A stretch of 64,000 nucleotides of DNA from a virus (Duplodnaviria > Caudoviricetes), in IMG/VR virus record IMGVR_UViG_3300021387_000025, positions 32,001 to 96,000 of that record; one strand, written 5' to 3'. Below the pieces are notes generated by a model. It searched no databases, was not told the DNA's origin, and saw nothing but the letters and a program-made list of their open reading frames with translations. Shown piece by piece: positions 24,401 through 36,368 of this stretch; position 1 is the stretch's first letter; every line of letters begins with the position of its first letter. Made by a program: the position numbers and the translations under genes.

Positions 24401-26855
24401 TCTCACCTCTAAAAGCCATTCCCAGTTGAGCAATGTAACCTTTAATACCACTTTCTGGATTACCAAAAAAACTATTAAATAATGAACGCCCTAATTTTAA
24501 TCCACCAACAGAAATGCCAATTGCGGCGATCGACTTCAGTAATCCATTACCACCACTAATAGTATCAATAACTTTATTAAGAGCATTAATCAAACCAGTT
24601 AACATATCAACCGCACCCTTAATAATATCACTATTAGTAATAGACATCAAAAATTGATCCCAAGCATTTTTTAACTTAGTCAATTTTGTTTCTAAAGATT
24701 CAAGTGTTTTGTTATATTGCTCAGTAGCCGCACCATTAGCATCTTGCGCAGCAGCAGTCAACTCCTATGTACGTCTATAGTCTGACATAAGAGCAATAAA
24801 ACGAGACTGCTGACGAGAACCGGCCGCCATAGTCGCGATATATCTTTGTTGAACGATATCTAAGTCATCCCACTTAGAAGCCAATTCCATAAAAATTTCG
24901 TCAAGACCTTTTTGCCCAACCAGGAACTCATTCAAATTAATTCCAGCTGTCCTTAAAGCCTTAGAAACTTTATTAACATCGATTTCTTCGCCTTCTTCAT
25001 CAGTTCCAAGTAATTCGCCCTTTGAATATAAGTCTTTAACTTCAGAAAAACGTGCAACAACAGTCTTTAATGCAGTACCAGCAGTTTCTGCAGATTCACG
25101 AGTGGTTTCAATAATTTGTGCCAAAAACGCCGCGGTATTTTCAAATTGCATATTTGCAGAATTAGCAAGAGAAGCAACCTTAGTCATAGCTACTGAAATT
25201 TCATCAACATCAGAAGCAGAAATCGCAGCCAGTTTAGAATAAACATCTGCAATATTGTCAGCATTAGCCTCGTTAATTTCCATGTTGAAACCACGAAGAG
25301 CATTGGTTACACGGTCGGTTGCCTCTGCCGCATCAAGTCCAGCAATACGCGCCATTCTTAATGTAGCATTTGTAACTGCCATAACTTCGTTAGTTTTTAA
25401 ACCTTGCTGATAATAAAGGGTAGACGCTTCATAAACATCGTGGATAGATACACCAAGCTCGTTTGCACGTTTTGTGTACTCAGGTAACTTAGTCCACATG
25501 TCTCCAACGGAAAATTCAGTAACAACAGCGGTTTCAGTCATGACTTTATCAAGATCTTTAACCGTATCCATGGCAGAGCGAATAGCTCGTTTAAATAATC
25601 TTACAGCATTTCCAATAGAAAAGAATTGTAATATATTATTACGCATCTGATCTAATTGTTTAGCCGATTCAGACATTTCATGAATAGAACCGCTAGCTTG
25701 ATCAAATCCCCTAACAGCTTCTTCGCTTGCTGAACGAGAGGCAACCAAAGCTTCATTAATTTTTTCAATTGTTTCTGTGGCTCCGGCGCCGCCCTTAGCT
25801 CTAATCTCTTCTATCTTTTCTTCTAATATTTCAAAAGAAGTTATACTCTCAGGATCAATACCAAATTTATCCCAAGGTACATCAGTCATCTTCAATAATG
25901 AATCTTTGACCTTTTCAAAGGCGTCGCTTTTTACTTGGGCTAAATTATCATTTAATTCTTTAAGTCGAGTTTTTGCAGATTCAGACTACTTTCCTAAATC
26001 TTCAACCGCTCTTGAAGCTTTATCTAAATTTGAGCTATCTGATCTAGCATTAGATAATTCAGTTTTTAATTCTTCCTATTTTTTTCGCGCTTGAGCTAAT
26101 TCTTCATAAGCCTATGTAAGATCCTACACTTCTTTAACTTCTGGCAGTGTCCCATTTCTCTAAGCTTTATCATACGCTGCTTTCCAGCCAGATTTAGTTC
26201 CAGACTTATTTTTATACTCAGCTTTAAATTCTTCTTCAGTCTAAACTCTAGTTTTTACTTCTTTTTCAGCTAATTCAATAATTCTTTCTCTTTCTTGAAC
26301 AAGCTTTTTTGTTTCATTAATTTCCTGTTGAATTTCTTCAACAGCACGATTTTTTGAAACTCGATCATTATATAAGCTCTATAATTCGGTTTGTTTTCTT
26401 AAATCTTTTTCTAATTTCTCTGCCGCCGCAGCCTACTCACGAACAGCTTTTGCAGCTTTACCAATATTACTTTCAGAATTATTTAACTCACGATTATAAT
26501 CTTTAATAATCTTTGTTAATTTATCTAAACTTTTTTGATCTGCATCAAGTAATTTATTCTGAACTTTACTTGACGAAATACGATTGTTTAATTGCTGCCA
26601 CAAACTTCCAATTCGATCAAAACTTTTTGCAACCGACTTTTCATCAACAATACTTAATTCTTTATTTCCTGTTTTATTCTAAATGTTTTTAATCTCTGAT
26701 TCTAAATTTGCAAAAAGATTTTTAAAATCGTCTTTCATGCCATCTGTCAAACTTAGTTTTGACAATTCAATTCTGACTTTATTAATTTCATTCTAAAAGC
26801 CAGTAATATTAGCACCAATATCAATAGTGGCTTTTATCGTAGTGTCCCTTGGCAT
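18432..26855 (-). CDS. Tape measure protein, 2807 aa (TAG=Gln), with C-terminal SH3b-like domain
   Basis: Six track fragments are all in frame with ATG 26855 and TAA 18432; TP901-type core (LDKVMTETAVV..AETAGTALKT..RQQSRFIALM); GGLADFTGPAWLDGTKSRPEMVL near the C-terminus. Confidence 0.9.
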
Positions 26856-26910
26856 TCTTTTCCTCCAATAAAAAAATCGGCATTAACTTTCATTAATGCC
26901 GAAATTCCTA

Positions 26911-27693
26911 TTATAAGTCGCTTTCTATATCATCGCTTAAAAAGTACATTTCACTTACATAAGCATCCGTTCTCGACCCCACTGGCATGCCCACACCTTT
27001 AAACACTCCAACTAATGGAGAAGCTTGTGAACCCAGCTTTATAGATAAATCCGACATCAATTTAAGTTTTGGAATTTTTATAATTCCAGTTACGACCTTA
27101 CCCGTTTCATCATCTTTTATACGGGTGCGGCCCTCTAAACTAACAAATCCATTTAAAAGCCGTTGTCCAATGCGGCATACCTTTGCTCCATTCGTATAAT
27201 TATAAGTATATGTAACAATTAGCTCTTGATAAGGTTTCTATGCAGTAATTATATCCTAATTTATATAATAATAAATTGGTAAGCCAGTTTCTTTATCATA
27301 TACAAATAAGTCACCAGATGGAATATTTTTTAATTTTGCATGTCTATCTTCATCACTTTCTACTTCTTCATAGGCGCTAATCTAAATTGGAGTTTCATCT
27401 TCTTCAATCAGCATTTTTGAATTATACATTAAACTAAATTGATCTTTTGAAAAAACTCCCTATGAAAAAGTAAGATTTAGTTCTCTTGTTGTTTCCCAAA
27501 AAACGTGCGCTCGATTATCAAAACCACCTCGCGCGGCCACATAATCTTTTACTTCATTTAATCCTGCAATTTGAATTTTATCAAATCGCGCCAATACTTC
27601 TCCTTCCTAAATAATCCTCTTAGGGGTCTCTATATCATAAGTAGATTTTATGAACACGTTCTCGAAATCTTTGAAGCTAAACTGTTCACTCAT
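26911..27693 (-). CDS. Hypothetical virion/tail protein, 260 aa (TAG=Gln)
   Basis: GGAGAGG RBS; ATG 27693 in frame with TAA 26911; missing from the track. Confidence 0.65.
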
Positions 27694-27708
27694 TTCCTCT
27701 CCTTAAAC

Positions 27709-27738
27709 AAAAAGCGGAGGAAGCAAGCCTCCTCCGCC
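27709..27738 (-). terminator. Terminator after the major tail gene
   Basis: GCGGAGG..CCTCCGC hairpin followed by T-tract on the minus strand. Confidence 0.7.
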
Positions 27739-27758
27739 TAATATGCAATATTTACTTA

Positions 27759-28658
27759 TTATGCTTCAAGGTCATACTGCACAAGTTTCATCATATCGCC
27801 ATCTTCTGGACGAAGAACTGTAAGGTTCATATTGAATACAGAAGGATCGCCTTCAGCTTCAAGAGTAATTGTCTGTTCAGCAGTCATCTTAGCCTTCGGG
27901 ATGATGAACTGGAAGAACTGATCCTTACCAGTAACATCTGAACGAGCATATGTATCGCCCTGAATATAGTATGTGCCTGGGAACGAATCACCAGAAATGG
28001 TAATTGTCTTTGTAGTAGCCTTTACCCAGTAAGTAAACATAAACTTGTGTCCAGCATAAGCGCCAGTGCCGTCTTGCTGACCTGTGCTATACAGAGCCTT
28101 TAAGTCACTAGCTGTAAAAGCTTCATCGAGCACTGTTCCATCTTCGTCATATAACTTAGATGCCGCGCCAGTAATACTGAAACTAATTTGATTATCAAGC
28201 GCAACCATACCAACAGGAGCGACTGCATCAGGACCAATATAAAGCTTTGCACGCTTACTACCTTCATTAACGTCATAAATATCTGCCGTTACATAACTTA
28301 CTGCAGCTTTGGTGTAGCCTTCAGCGTTCTGGCCCATACGAATTACAGCTGTCTTCATAATATAACCGCCAGCGCCCTGAGCAACAGTGCCATCGCCAAG
28401 CATGATAGACATGGACTTCGGGCTAAACAGCGCATCTTCAATACTAACTGTGATTTCCTTACCGTAATCCCAAGTTACAAGTTTCGGATTACCTTTACCA
28501 CCGCGGGCGTCAACCTGCTCAGCAGTTTGCTCGATGGTAGAAACCTTTAAGGTATCAAGGTAAAGTACGGGTTTGCCAGGAGTACCATCTGGATTGATCT
28601 CATACATGGTTACGTCAGCAACTTCCTTAATACCATAACGATCAAGAATACTAGCCAT
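27759..28658 (-). CDS. Major tail (tube) protein
   Basis: YGIKEVADV..LDTLKVSTIEQ..ARGGKGN..LEAEGDPSVF; position in tail module; TAG-free, highly biased codons. Confidence 0.8.
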   Translation of the reverse strand: MASILDRYGIKEVADVTMYEINPDGTPGKPVLYLDTLKVSTIEQTAEQVDARGGKGNPKLVTWDYGKEITVSIEDALFSPKSMSIMLGDGTVAQGAGGYIMKTAVIRMGQNAEGYTKAAVSYVTADIYDVNEGSKRAKLYIGPDAVAPVGMVALDNQISFSITGAASKLYDEDGTVLDEAFTASDLKALYSTGQQDGTGAYAGHKFMFTYWVKATTKTITISGDSFPGTYYIQGDTYARSDVTGKDQFFQFIIPKAKMTAEQTITLEAEGDPSVFNMNLTVLRPEDGDMMKLVQYDLEA

Positions 28659-28680
28659 TCTTTAAATAGCCTCCTTATTT

Positions 28681-29412
28681 TTAATCATCTAAATTTCTAA
28701 TCCAATATTTTGGTTTTACTTTTTTGCTATCTGCGCCCGCTAACAAACTACGAATATCTATATCGTATTTTTCTTTCTCTTGATATGTGGCCAAAAGAAT
28801 AGGGATCGCTGCATAGCTTAACTCTCCAATATTAAGTGGATTTAATCCATAACCCATACAACAAATTGATGAAATTGTGGATAATAAATTTAACCCCAAA
28901 CCCTTTTTAGCTTTAACACGATCACGATAACGTGCTTTAGCTTTCATAGCCTTAATTCGAGGATTTTCATCTGGATTCGGCGGTTCAATTGGTTTTCCTC
29001 CAATTGATTCTCTTATTAAATTCTAAAAATCAAAATAATCTTCTTCTTTCAAAAGACGAAGACTTTCTATTGACTTCGTTCCAGAAACACTTCCAATTAA
29101 AATCTATTTCTGTTCAAATAAATAAGTTACTTCTTCGTGTAAAAAGAAAAATAAAGCTTTATCTAATAATTCCTTAAACTACTAATTATTATAAGCGTTA
29201 TTTAGCAAATATTCAAAAGGAGTTAATAATTCTTTTAAATCAATTCCTCTTTCAACATATTCATCTTCTATTTCTTCCTAAGAAAAAGTTAATAATTTCA
29301 TGTACAAATAATATTCGTGATTAAGAGCGATGTCGCGAACTTTTGGCGGATAAATATAACAAATATCTTTAAAATTAACTGGCTCACCAAAATAAAAAGC
29401 TAAATTATTCAT
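28681..29412 (-). CDS. Structural-module protein, 243 aa (TAG=Gln)
   Basis: ATG 29412 in frame with fragment 28681-28947. Confidence 0.65.
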
Positions 29413-29893
29413 AATCCTCCATTACAAAAGTCATTTCATAACAAGAAATTTCTTCAGTAATAAAATTTAAATCAAATCCAACATGCTCTAATCTACCAAT
29501 ACCATTTATAACTTTATGATTTAAAGATTTTAAAATTTCTCCCATAATACAAAAAGGTCTTAAATTTGTGTCTTTAATAAACCACTATGTCAAAGGGACA
29601 AATACTTCAATACATAATGTAATATTATTAAATTCATCATTTGACCTATCTGCAGAAGCTCTAACAACTCTAAGAGAAATTAAACTCTAAGCTGTTTCTT
29701 TTGGGCCAACACGAGGAACTACTTTAATTAATTTTTCAAAGATTTCATCTTCAATCTGTGTCTGAGTTAAATCTTCTTTTGATAAAGGATCTTTATCAGA
29801 ATAATATAATAATTTTAATAATTGCTAGTTAGCCTATAATCTATTTACAATCTTCTAAAGATTAATACCTAATTCACCTAAATTACGAACCAT
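29405..29893 (-). CDS. Probable tail-completion/neck protein, 162 aa (TAG=Gln)
   Basis: GGAGG RBS; LLKLLYYSDKDPL..IEVFVP..LRPF; missing from the track. Confidence 0.6.
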
Positions 29894-30623
29894 CGCGCGC
29901 CTCCTACACTCCATACTTCAACCAATAAAAATCTTTTGGATCATCGCTTTCTGTTTCTTCTGGCGGAGGGGTTAAATCATATTCATAAATAGGATCGATA
30001 GTTACATATTCAACTCCTTTAGAAGATTGAATATCATAACCTGTAACGCGATAATATTCTTGTAAAGGTTTCTCACCTACGATTAAATAATCATCTTTTC
30101 GAAGATAAGGAGTAGTTGGTAAAATAAAAAAGCTCGATTTTAAATTTTCCGTATAAAGTGTGTCCATACGGCTTCGAGATTTTAATTCATCTTTTAGCAT
30201 ATTGTCTTCTTGACCATACAAATAAGCCCAAGACTTATGTTCTTTTTTATCCCGTCCGGTCCACTTCAAAAAATGGGTCATATGTAACATAATATAACGA
30301 TTATATCCACTAGCTTTTATTTTTTCTAAATAATAAACCATCCAAGGTTCTTCAATATCATCTTTATCTGGAAGCCATAAAACAGTTCCAGATGGAATAT
30401 TTACATTTACACGGGTTAATAAATAATGTAAAGTTTTTGTATCATCCTATTTATACTTTTCAAAACTACCAATTTGAGTTTCACCTTCCCAATCAAACTC
30501 TATTAAATATACACTTTTAGATAAATAATACTCAAAGCCTATTTCTCTTTTTTTCTAAATGCGAGACTAATAATCATTTCCATATCGAGAAAGTCGATGC
30601 GAGTAAATATCCAAGTATTTCAT
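29883..30623 (-). CDS. Probable head-closure/neck protein, about 246 aa (TAG=Gln)
   Basis: ATG 30623 in frame with fragment 29904-30341; may end at TAG 29904 or TAA 29883. Confidence 0.6.
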
Positions 30624-30625
30624 TA

Positions 30626-30910
30626 TTACACCTCGCTATTAAGAAGATCCACTAAATCAGAGCTGCCAAGAAGATTCATACAATCAAAAATAGTTTTTCG
30701 AAAGTATTTATAATTTAAATACCTAAGAGAATGAATCTTATGCATTAGTGTTAAATAATTAATTGTCCATTCTTCTTCTGGTACATTAAATAATTCGGTG
30801 ACAATGCTATCTAAAAAAGATTCCCATTGTCCTTTATTTTCAAACTCACAAAGCAAACCAAATAATTTATTTTTTAATCGGTTAATATAACCTTCTTCGA
30901 TAGGAGTCAT
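30626..30910 (-). CDS. Hypothetical protein, 94 aa
   Basis: Start overlaps the upstream gene's stop; within the structural operon. Confidence 0.65.
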   Translation of the reverse strand: MTPIEEGYINRLKNKLFGLLCEFENKGQWESFLDSIVTELFNVPEEEWTINYLTLMHKIHSLRYLNYKYFRKTIFDCMNLLGSSDLVDLLNSEV

Positions 30911-31335
30911 TCTTGATCTGCCAAATGTCGATATTCAAACGGTTTCTTATTTACTGACCGATAATAAATAGCTTCTAAGCGTCTCGCATTGGCTTGTTCG
31001 GCGGCCAGCATCTGATTAAATTTATCAATTAAGTTTGCTTGTGAAAAATCACGTTCTACATATAATGGTTTCACATTTTCCCATGTTAAAATGGTACGAT
31101 TTAACCATTCACATTTCATATAAGCTGCCAATATTTGAATTTCATCATTTGTTAAATCATCTTCAAAACCGCAACTTGTATACTCTAAAGAGACTCTAGG
31201 AAATTTAAAGCGCATAATTGCAGCTTGCAATAAAGAAAAAAGATCCTATCTTAATTCTCCTTCATCCCAGTCTTCCCATTCATCTTCTAAAATTTTGCTT
31301 AAAAAAGCATCATAAACCACATCAAAAGAAGTCAT
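30907..31335 (-). CDS. Probable head-tail adaptor, 142 aa (one TAG)
   Basis: MTSFDVVYDAFLSKI..EIQILAAYMKCEWL..DFSQAN; follows the capsid genes. Confidence 0.65.
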
Positions 31336-31336
31336 A

Positions 31337-31810
31337 TTATGCCTCCTTATTCTGCGCGCTTAAACGGATGGCCTGAATAATATCACGACCACAAAGCTCC
31401 TTTAAGAATTCTGCTTTATCAAAATCAGCAAGCCTATTAGCAACTGCATAATCTGCTAATTGCACAATCTGCTCATAACTTAATTTTTTAACTTTCTCTT
31501 TAAACTCTTTCAAAGAAAGATTTACCATATAACGTCTACGCTCTTTATCATTCAGCACGATAATGTTCACTGGCTCTGCCGCATCTTCAGGCTCAAGTCC
31601 AAGCTCCTGCTTTTCTTTCATGTCCTCAATATACAACATACCAGTATCAATCATATATTTAAAACCGCGGTCATACATTAACTGCTCTAAAATTTCTGAG
31701 TCAACGGCATAGGTAGCGCCCTGTGCAATCCATTCATGCCGGAAAGGAATTTCACGAACTTCTACTAAAATAGAACCACGGATAGTACTCACAATATTAA
31801 TTTTACTCAT
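31337..31810 (-). CDS. Hypothetical protein downstream of capsid, 157 aa
   Basis: AGGAG RBS, intact ORF. Confidence 0.75.
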   Translation of the reverse strand: MSKINIVSTIRGSILVEVREIPFRHEWIAQGATYAVDSEILEQLMYDRGFKYMIDTGMLYIEDMKEKQELGLEPEDAAEPVNIIVLNDKERRRYMVNLSLKEFKEKVKKLSYEQIVQLADYAVANRLADFDKAEFLKELCGRDIIQAIRLSAQNKEA

Positions 31811-31840
31811 TAAAAAATTCTCCTTTTACTCCTTTTAATT

Positions 31841-31872
31841 AAAAATGGGAGAGGGAGTTAGTCCCTCTCCCT
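31841..31872 (-). terminator. Terminator after the major capsid gene
   Basis: GGGAGAGGGA-GTTAG-TCCCTCTCCC hairpin with T-tract on the minus strand. Confidence 0.75.
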
Positions 31873-31883
31873 TATGATTATCC

Positions 31884-32954
31884 TCAGATATTTTCGTAAG
31901 GATTATAATATGTCTGGTCAACGCCAGTGTTCTTGTAAACACCCCAGTTATAGTGTGTAAGAATTGCGCAACCCATTTTCTTGTAAGCATAAACTTCAAG
32001 AGAGTTGTCACGGTTCTTAAAGTCATTAATCTGCGTAGCGCCTTCAAGCACAACTTTGACAACCTTCTCACCAGTAGAAGGAAGCACGTAAGCAAGCTGC
32101 GGATCAACATAAGTCCTATTATTCTTCTCATCAACAAAAGACTGCGGGATCTGAACGATCGGAGCGCCACGGAAGATATTGACATAACCAGTTCTATGAA
32201 TCTGCTCAATATCATCAGGCGAGTACACGCCAGCAACACCGCCGTAGTTTGTACTATTACCAACAGTCACAGGGACGATAGCATCCGCGCCCATGTCAGC
32301 GATGAATTCCGGAGGAGCGAAGATAACAGGATTACCATACGCACGGACAACACTCATCAGCTTGACCATCTTATCTGTATTGAAGTGGTTGGAAGTTGCC
32401 TTATTAGCATCCGGACGATCAGCAGCGTCATATGCAGCACGCAGAGCTTTCTGGACTTCTACGAACACAGCATCTGTAAGACCCTGAGTCATAATGTCCA
32501 TAACTTCTGCAAGGGATTCAGCACCATCGAGCATTCTTTCGAAGTCGATTGTCGCACCGCCACCAACTGCATGAGCAGAAAGTTCAAATGTGCGGCTATC
32601 AAGTCTAAATGTCTCATAAACACCAGACAGACCAACCTGAGTAAGGAACTTCTTCGCACGAGCCTTACCAGTCTTAACTTTGAACAGTGCTTTTTGGCCT
32701 TGGCCAACAACCTGAACTTCCGCAAACGGAGACAGCGCCGCAATAACGTTCTTCGGCATAACCTGATCAATTGTCTCGATCATAATTTCATAAATATCAT
32801 AACGGTTCTTCATGAACTGATTCACAGAACCAGCAAGTTCACGGAGACCATCAACAAAAGCAGCATTAACATCAACATCCTGATTTGCAAAGCAAGCAGG
32901 AACTGTGCCCTTAGCAGCATGAAGGGCGATCTCTTTTAATTCACTAATAGTCAT
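31884..32954 (-). CDS. Major capsid protein, 356 aa
   Basis: Size, position after protease/scaffold, strong RBS, strong codon bias, TAG-free. Confidence 0.8.
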   Translation of the reverse strand: MTISELKEIALHAAKGTVPACFANQDVDVNAAFVDGLRELAGSVNQFMKNRYDIYEIMIETIDQVMPKNVIAALSPFAEVQVVGQGQKALFKVKTGKARAKKFLTQVGLSGVYETFRLDSRTFELSAHAVGGGATIDFERMLDGAESLAEVMDIMTQGLTDAVFVEVQKALRAAYDAADRPDANKATSNHFNTDKMVKLMSVVRAYGNPVIFAPPEFIADMGADAIVPVTVGNSTNYGGVAGVYSPDDIEQIHRTGYVNIFRGAPIVQIPQSFVDEKNNRTYVDPQLAYVLPSTGEKVVKVVLEGATQINDFKNRDNSLEVYAYKKMGCAILTHYNWGVYKNTGVDQTYYNPYENI

Positions 32955-32971
32955 TATAATTCACCCTCCTA

Positions 32972-33517
32972 TTATTCAGCGATACAACGGAACTTAATAC
33001 CAAAAGTACCATCAGGCATTGTTGTACTTTCAATAACCTCAAGAACAGGACCATAAGAAGGCTTGCTGGTGCCGACAAGGATTGTACCGTCAGAAGTAGC
33101 GCCGCCATATAACTTAGTAGTTTTATAGCTTGCAACCGCTGTCTTGAAAGCTGCATCACTATCATAAGCAGTACCATAACTTACACAGTTAGTAGTAAAT
33201 TTATCACCAACAGACAGATAGCCAAGTCTTGGGAAGAAGTCGTCCTTACCATTTAAAGAGAAATTCTTTAAACCAGGAGTACGTTCATCATACATATGTT
33301 CTGCACTATAATTTAAAGCAATCGGCAGAGAACTATCAGTTGCAAATTTTACTGTCCGATTTGCGGCATCAACAGCGAGTAACATACCATTTTCAAGTTT
33401 TGCTGTAGCAAAAGCTGTTGTATCAGGAGCGCATTGAGCTTCGATACGACCATCACGACGGAAAGCACAGTTATTAATTTCAATCTGGCCATATCCATCA
33501 ATACTCAGTCTTGCCAT
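32972..33517 (-). CDS. Capsid decoration/structural protein, 181 aa
   Basis: Between scaffold and capsid; ENGMLL..GDKFTTN..TMPDG; TAG-free. Confidence 0.65.
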   Translation of the reverse strand: MARLSIDGYGQIEINNCAFRRDGRIEAQCAPDTTAFATAKLENGMLLAVDAANRTVKFATDSSLPIALNYSAEHMYDERTPGLKNFSLNGKDDFFPRLGYLSVGDKFTTNCVSYGTAYDSDAAFKTAVASYKTTKLYGGATSDGTILVGTSKPSYGPVLEVIESTTMPDGTFGIKFRCIAE

Positions 33518-33533
33518 TAATATTCATCCTCCA

Positions 33534-34898
33534 TTATCGTTTATAACGAGATAAAATTTGTTCAATACCAGTTTTTGGAGTATCTTTTAAAACATACTCC
33601 GCTTCTGGCTTAAATGCCAAGCCACTCTTTTTTAACTCATAAGCAAGATGCATATCAAGATCTTCAACGGTATACTCACCAAGCTTCGCTTTATAAGTGT
33701 CGATTACTTCTTCAGGGAGCTTTTCAACATACTCTGCCATAACAGCTTCCTTGCGCTGTGTCTCTACAGCTTGCTTATAATCTTTTAAAACAGTGTTTTC
33801 TTCGACAAGAGCGGAATACTGAGAATTCAGTTCATTATATTGTCCTTCAAGAGCAGTATATTTAGCTGTTTCAGATTCTGCTTCTGTATTTAAAGTAGCA
33901 ATAGTTTGTGTCATTTCGTCAATTTTGGAACCTTGTTCCTCACAAACTCTGGCATTATTTTCTGCATTAGTTAAATTTTCACTAACTAATTCATATGTAT
34001 CACCATTTAACTAACGTAAAGTTTCAATGGTATCTTTTTCTTTTTCTGTTACATCAATGATGTAAACAATAGTACGTTCACCAAGAACAACACTATCATC
34101 TTCATCATTCTTTGTATAATTGACTCTTTCATATTGACCATTTTCAAGGCACACCACAAGTGCATATTCGTCGTAAATCGCGCAGATCGAATATTCACAA
34201 GTCCAACCACCTTCTTCTGTAAAATTCGGATTTAATAAACTCCAAATTGCACTATATTTTTGATCATCAGAAAGCTTAAAATTAATTTTTGACATCTCCG
34301 ATTCCTCACTTACAATAGTAAACTCTTTAATTTTCTAAATGGTATCACGGATAGATTCCTGTAAGGAGAAGAAAGACGCACCTTCAAAACATGGCTCTAC
34401 ATTATCACCAAGAACTTGTAATCCCAAGAAACTTCCATGCTCAAAAACAATTTGTTTTTGACCTTGAAGAATGGCGGTATGATACATTAATGATGGTTCG
34501 TACAATTCCATCGACTATCCTTTACCTATAATTTCAGAAGCTTCTGGATATAAAGCTGTAAATAATAAAACATCGGTGCAAGCATAAGTACGCTCAACGC
34601 CATCTTCATCAAGATGCTGTTCCCAAGCAAAATTATTGTTTTCTGGTACAATACCATAAATCTATCCCTCTTCACGAGAATGACCATGGTCACTAAAATC
34701 ATCCAATAAATAAATACCTTTTACTGGGACATAGTGTAAAGTAGAAATTAATTCATTCGCAAAGTCATCTGTTATAAATGTACCATTACGATTCGCGCCT
34801 TTATAGAAAATGCGACAACGTGCTTTAGAAAGTACATCATTAAAAGGTTCAATCTAACCATAAATACTAATCGGAAACTCAAATTCAGGTTTACTCAT
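33534..34898 (-). CDS. Prohead protease fused to scaffold, 454 aa (TAG=Gln)
   Basis: GANRNG, GKG[Q]SME (TAG at 34515-34517), LGDNVEPCFEGA; coiled-coil C-terminus; fragments are in frame. Confidence 0.8.
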
Positions 34899-36363
34899 CA
34901 GAGCCTCCCTAATGATCTAAAGATTCCTCATTCTAAATAGTCTTTACTGATTTATCCTCTAAATCTAATGCTGGTCTGCCAACCTCACCAGACTATGTAT
35001 AAGCAGAAGATAATGGTAAAAGTTTAGTATGAAGCTCTAATAAATCATTTTCCAATGTTTTAATATTTGAAAGTTCCCTTTGATTAATTCCACTTGCTAA
35101 AGCAGGTAACAAGAAACTATATCCACTTTGTGCAAGTTTAAATGAATCCGCGATATAATCACTTTGATTGTAATAAGTAATAGGAAGTAAAGTATATTTA
35201 AAGTCAATATTTGAATTTGCATATAAACAATTAAGTATATATGAAATAAATCTTGAATATTTATTTCCTAAAATCATCATAAGTGCTGTATCATTGCGAA
35301 TTGATGTAGGTAAAGCCTAACTTCCAGTAGGTGAAAAGATCTAAGCACTTACACCGCCTTCACTATAGACATTTTGCAACATCTTATCTAATGAAGTGGT
35401 TGCATTTTCAGCAGCTGTCTTAGATATAATTGCGTCAACGTCCGCATAAGTTGTTAAAATGGACAAGTTTTTATTACCACGCATCATATTGACCGCGCCA
35501 CGATGCATTTCCATCGCTTCTTCTGGCTCAAATAACAACTATCCATCTGGTAAATGCGGAATTTTTTGAACAATAATCTTTCTAATTTCTTCTAGATTAC
35601 GCTCTTGCTCATTGTCAACAGCATCTTCATATTGAAGCGTGGCAGGAATTACATCTAAAAATAATGGCAAACCATCTTCAAAAAAAGAAAAACAAATTCC
35701 TATCTCAGCGGGTAATTTAACCCAGGGATTAATTTCTTTATTCCTTGAGTATTTACGATAATGTTTCTAAACAATATCTGGATACACATTCAATGCTGTC
35801 TACCGATCATCTTCATCAAATATTGTATTAAAATAAGTTATATTAAATTCTACAATATCATTTCCATGAAAATCTTTATAACGGGAACGGCAGTAAGCAC
35901 TTGGTAAATCAAATAATACAAAATCATCTTTACTTAATACTTTAATTACGCCGTAATAACTTCCATCAATTAATACTTTCAAAGAAATATGCGTAAGTGT
36001 TTCTTGTAAATTTAACTTATCAAGATAATCTAAACAACTATAATATCTTTTGGCTATATGTGGAGTGGAGAGTTTCTTGCCAAAACTTGGATTAGGTATT
36101 AATAAACCCTAATATGTTAATAAAGTCGCATAGTAGTAAAGAATTCTCTTGTATAAGCTTTTACATTCAAAAAAATTACGTGATAAAGCTTGCTGAGCGG
36201 CGACATCACCGGAATTAATAATTTGTTCAATCTCTTCGGGTTTATAATTGCGTATAGAATGAATATGCTTGTAACCATAATTATTCCAAGCCTTTTCATT
36301 CGAAGCAACTATTTCATCTTGTATTTTCTTGAAGACGGTCAAATCAACTGGTTGTTCTTTCAT
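34891..36363 (-). CDS. Portal protein, 490 aa (TAG=Gln)
   Basis: Four fragments in frame; between terminase and protease; PLSSAYT[Q]SGEVGRP C-terminus. Confidence 0.8.
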
Positions 36364-36368
36364 TTAGT

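Noticed and set aside
31953-32939. 328-aa plus-strand ORF
   Set aside because: Antisense shadow of the codon-biased major capsid gene; no RBS
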